From NCBI GenBank assembly GCA_963740315.1, contig CAVUDP010000002.1, positions 3,808,001 through 3,872,000 on the forward strand: a stretch of 64,000 nucleotides of DNA. The letters run 5' to 3'. Position numbers and translations under genes: made by a program. Shown here in pieces: positions 61,466 to 64,000 of the stretch. Each line of letters opens with the position of its first letter. Positions within the stretch are counted from its first letter, which is position 1. This stretch comes from an uncultured cyanobacterium (GTDB lineage: Bacteria > Cyanobacteriota > Cyanobacteriia > Cyanobacteriales > Nostocaceae). The notes beneath the pieces are model-generated. The model saw nothing but the letters and a program-made list of their open reading frames with translations. It did not search any database and was not told the DNA's origin.

Positions 61466-61497
61466 CTCACAACTTCCTCAAACTTGTATTTTATAAC
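61466..61497 (+). promoter_or_regulatory. CTCA box + -10 TATAAC
   Basis: CTCACAACTTCCTCA AACTTGTATTT TATAAC. Confidence 0.8.
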
Positions 61498-61689
61498 TAC
61501 AAGTATAAAGATGCTGAGTTAAATTGAATTCAGTAGTTTGCTGTAAATATTAGATTTAACTTGAAATTATATTTCATAGCAAAGTTATATATTCACAATA
61601 GAATTTGTCAAAACCTCAATCTAAACTTGCTTACAGATACATCCACTATATAAAAATCTGTGGAAGTCATATTTAAAGGAAGGTGTTTT

Positions 61690-62910
61690 ATGACACTCGC
61701 AAAAAGGAAAAATCCACATCTAAAATATAGAAAAACCATCTTTTTTCTGTTATTTGCAACACTCCTAGTTGCAGGTAGTTCGTTTGGCTGGGTTAAATTT
61801 CAACAGGAACAAGAAAGAAAAATTATACTAGCTCAAAGTTTGTTAACCAGAGAATGCAAAGAGCAAACAGAAGCTGATAATTTTTCGGAGACTAGTAAGA
61901 ATGTAAATCAAGCAGTCAAATTATTAGGCAGCGTTCCAAAATTACCTGGTGAGACTTATCCAGAAGCACAAAAAGAACTGACAAAATTTTCTGAATGTAC
62001 CAAAACTGTTGATGCTAAGAGTAGTTTTTTAAATGCTGAAAATTTGAGTAAGAAAGCTTTTTCTGTTGATAATCAAACCGTTCTTCCTATAGAAGAATGG
62101 CAAAAAATTCGTTTTCAGTTAGAAACAGCAATAGTTGAGATTCAAAATATCCCAACTGATGTTGATGTATCAAAACAGGCTCAATCCAAACTCAGTAAAT
62201 ATCAGAATCAGTTAAAACTAATTAATCAAAAGACTCAAAACGAACAAATTGCTGTTAACGCTTTAAGACGCGCTAGAAAGTTAAAATCACAAGCAGAAAA
62301 TATTGTTCGCTTTAATAACTTAAAGTCTTTGTCGAAAGCACAATTACAAATTAATAATGCCATTCAAATTATTAATAGTCCTCCAGATAAAACAACCATA
62401 TCTGAAAACAAAAAAGATTATTTGGAAAGCTATCAAACTCTACTGAATAACATTCAATATAAAATGGCTGTCATTCGGTTAAATAATTTAGTAGATAGTT
62501 TCCAAAATTTTGCTAAAAAACTTCGCAAAAATATGGGATATATCGAATATTCCCAACGTCTTGAAAATCTTAAGTTAAATTTCGAGAATAATTTCAAACA
62601 ACCTTTTGTTATCGAAAATTCCACTACGCAATCTTTAGAGAAAGCACTATCATACTACAGTGATGCGTTAACTATTAAACGCTATTGCTATGAAGGAAAC
62701 TGTATTCACTCCACATCGGCTCTATTAGTTAGATATAGATGGAGAGTATTATGGCTACCTACTTCTTTTAAATTAAACGGTGTACCAATTGCAGAAAAAT
62801 ACGTTTTACCTGCAACCTCTAACATTTTTAGAAAGAAATATGTTAAAGTAAATGACGCTTTGCAAAAAATTTGGTTTGAAGCTGAACAGGAAATAAATCA
62901 AATTAAATAA
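61690..62910 (+). CDS. Hypothetical membrane-anchored helical protein
   Basis: N-terminal TM, repeated helical segments, AT-rich. Confidence 0.6.
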   Translation: MTLAKRKNPHLKYRKTIFFLLFATLLVAGSSFGWVKFQQEQERKIILAQSLLTRECKEQTEADNFSETSKNVNQAVKLLGSVPKLPGETYPEAQKELTKFSECTKTVDAKSSFLNAENLSKKAFSVDNQTVLPIEEWQKIRFQLETAIVEIQNIPTDVDVSKQAQSKLSKYQNQLKLINQKTQNEQIAVNALRRARKLKSQAENIVRFNNLKSLSKAQLQINNAIQIINSPPDKTTISENKKDYLESYQTLLNNIQYKMAVIRLNNLVDSFQNFAKKLRKNMGYIEYSQRLENLKLNFENNFKQPFVIENSTTQSLEKALSYYSDALTIKRYCYEGNCIHSTSALLVRYRWRVLWLPTSFKLNGVPIAEKYVLPATSNIFRKKYVKVNDALQKIWFEAEQEINQIK

Positions 62911-63041
62911 TTATTACAATTTATTTTACGTTAGCGGTAGTGCAACCCAACCTAGTCAGATTTGAATGCGTTATGCTACCGCTTTTCGCATTCTAAATTG
63001 ACACATTTTTTCAATCATTAAATCTAAATCTGATACTAAAC

Positions 63042-63078
63042 AAGCAAGCGTCAATTCTTTGTAGAACAACGCTTGCTT
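63042..63078. terminator. Hairpin between convergent genes
   Basis: AAGCAAGCGT...ACGCTTGCTT. Confidence 0.6.
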
Positions 63079-63155
63079 TCGCTTAGATAATCATTAAACA
63101 AAAAATACACTCGTACACATTATCCAAGCATCGAATCACACACAGTAAGCTAGGT

Positions 63156-63692
63156 CTAATGATAGAGTTTGCTTAGAGCGTGCCAAGTCCGAGGACCTAC
63201 CACTCCATCTGGTTCTAAAGCCATATTTGTTTGGAAGGTAGTTACTGCTGCTTCGGTAATTGCACCAAAAATACCGTCTATATCGAAGCTATAGTAGCTG
63301 TGCAATGATAGGGTTCGTTGAACAAGTCTCACATATTTACCAGTGCTACCGCGACTGAGAACTGGGATGGGTGGAACCGGAGGGGCACCACTATAAAGTG
63401 CTTTCCAAGTTAATGGACCGACGATACCATCTTCTTCGAGATAAACCCGATGTTGGAATGCTTTAACAGCCCATTCAACATATTCGCTGAAGATACCATC
63501 GATAGGGTCGTAATAGTATTCCCAGTATCTCAAGAGTTTTTGCAGTTCTTCAACTGCATCTCCTGTATCCCCTTTTCTCAAAACAGGTTTTCTCAACCTC
63601 GTTGATGTTGGTTCTGTCATTGAAAAGGTAGGAAGGTTTTCGACATTAACAAGATGATTATTTTCTTGTTCGTTTCTTTCTTGAAGTTGCAT
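63156..63692 (-). CDS. Peptidoglycan-binding domain protein (two PG_binding_1 repeats)
   Basis: L..G..G..V..LQ..L...DGIF...AV..FQ...DG.VGP.TW.AL x2. Confidence 0.88.
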   Translation of the reverse strand: MQLQERNEQENNHLVNVENLPTFSMTEPTSTRLRKPVLRKGDTGDAVEELQKLLRYWEYYYDPIDGIFSEYVEWAVKAFQHRVYLEEDGIVGPLTWKALYSGAPPVPPIPVLSRGSTGKYVRLVQRTLSLHSYYSFDIDGIFGAITEAAVTTFQTNMALEPDGVVGPRTWHALSKLYH

Positions 63693-63836
63693 AATCTTAT
63701 TTCCTCTTACTAGATATAAAAGGGTTTATGCTGCTAGGTACTTACTTAATATATGAGTTAATTTTGTCTAACTAAATAATTTAACTCATAATAGATTAAA
63801 CATTTAAACCCTTGAAAGAATGTTCTCTATATTTTT

Positions 63837-63868
63837 AAGTTAAACAATAATTGTGAGGAAGTTGTGAG
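63837..63868 (-). promoter_or_regulatory. CTCA box + -10 TAACTT
   Basis: Minus strand CTCACAACTTCCTCA CAATTATTGTT TAACTT. Confidence 0.8.
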
Positions 63869-64000
63869 CAAGTAAATAATTTTTATTCTTTTTAAAATGT
63901 TTATTAAATGAAACATAGCAATAATTTTTATCTGCTATTAAACGCTGAGTCTTCCAATATCCCTTTAACCTGCATTAATAAAAGCAAAAGCTATTAAAAA

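Noticed and set aside
5115..63868. CTCA boxes as CRISPR repeats or integron att sites
   Set aside because: Not evenly spaced, both orientations, no cas or integrase, not palindromic; the fixed -10 spacing fits promoters

Overview
64 kb from a filamentous cyanobacterium, probably Nostocales (HIP1 GCGATCGC sites, STRR-type heptamer repeats, CP12, SLH porin, cph1-rcp1). It is a mosaic accessory region. Contents: the tail of an N-type (alternate) F1F0 ATPase operon with atpA and atpG separated by 3.6 kb; two CBS-domain hybrid kinases; sulfur-handling genes; a polyol ABC transporter with mannitol dehydrogenase; K+/Na+ transport genes; a CusRS-like/YHYH/MacAB module; a methyltransferase+AlkB pair; a GH65-betaPGM fusion; CBS-CP12; pyruvate kinase; several pseudogenes and small mobile repeats. 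The strongest signal is non-coding. The direct-repeat box CTCA-N7-CTCA occurs 19 times. In 18 copies a TA-starting -10-like hexamer follows exactly 11 bp later, and most copies point into a nearby gene. This suggests a large, physically clustered regulon with an unidentified OmpR/PhoB-type activator, possibly for dark, low-O2 or energy stress. Product calls come from motif recognition only; no searches were run.
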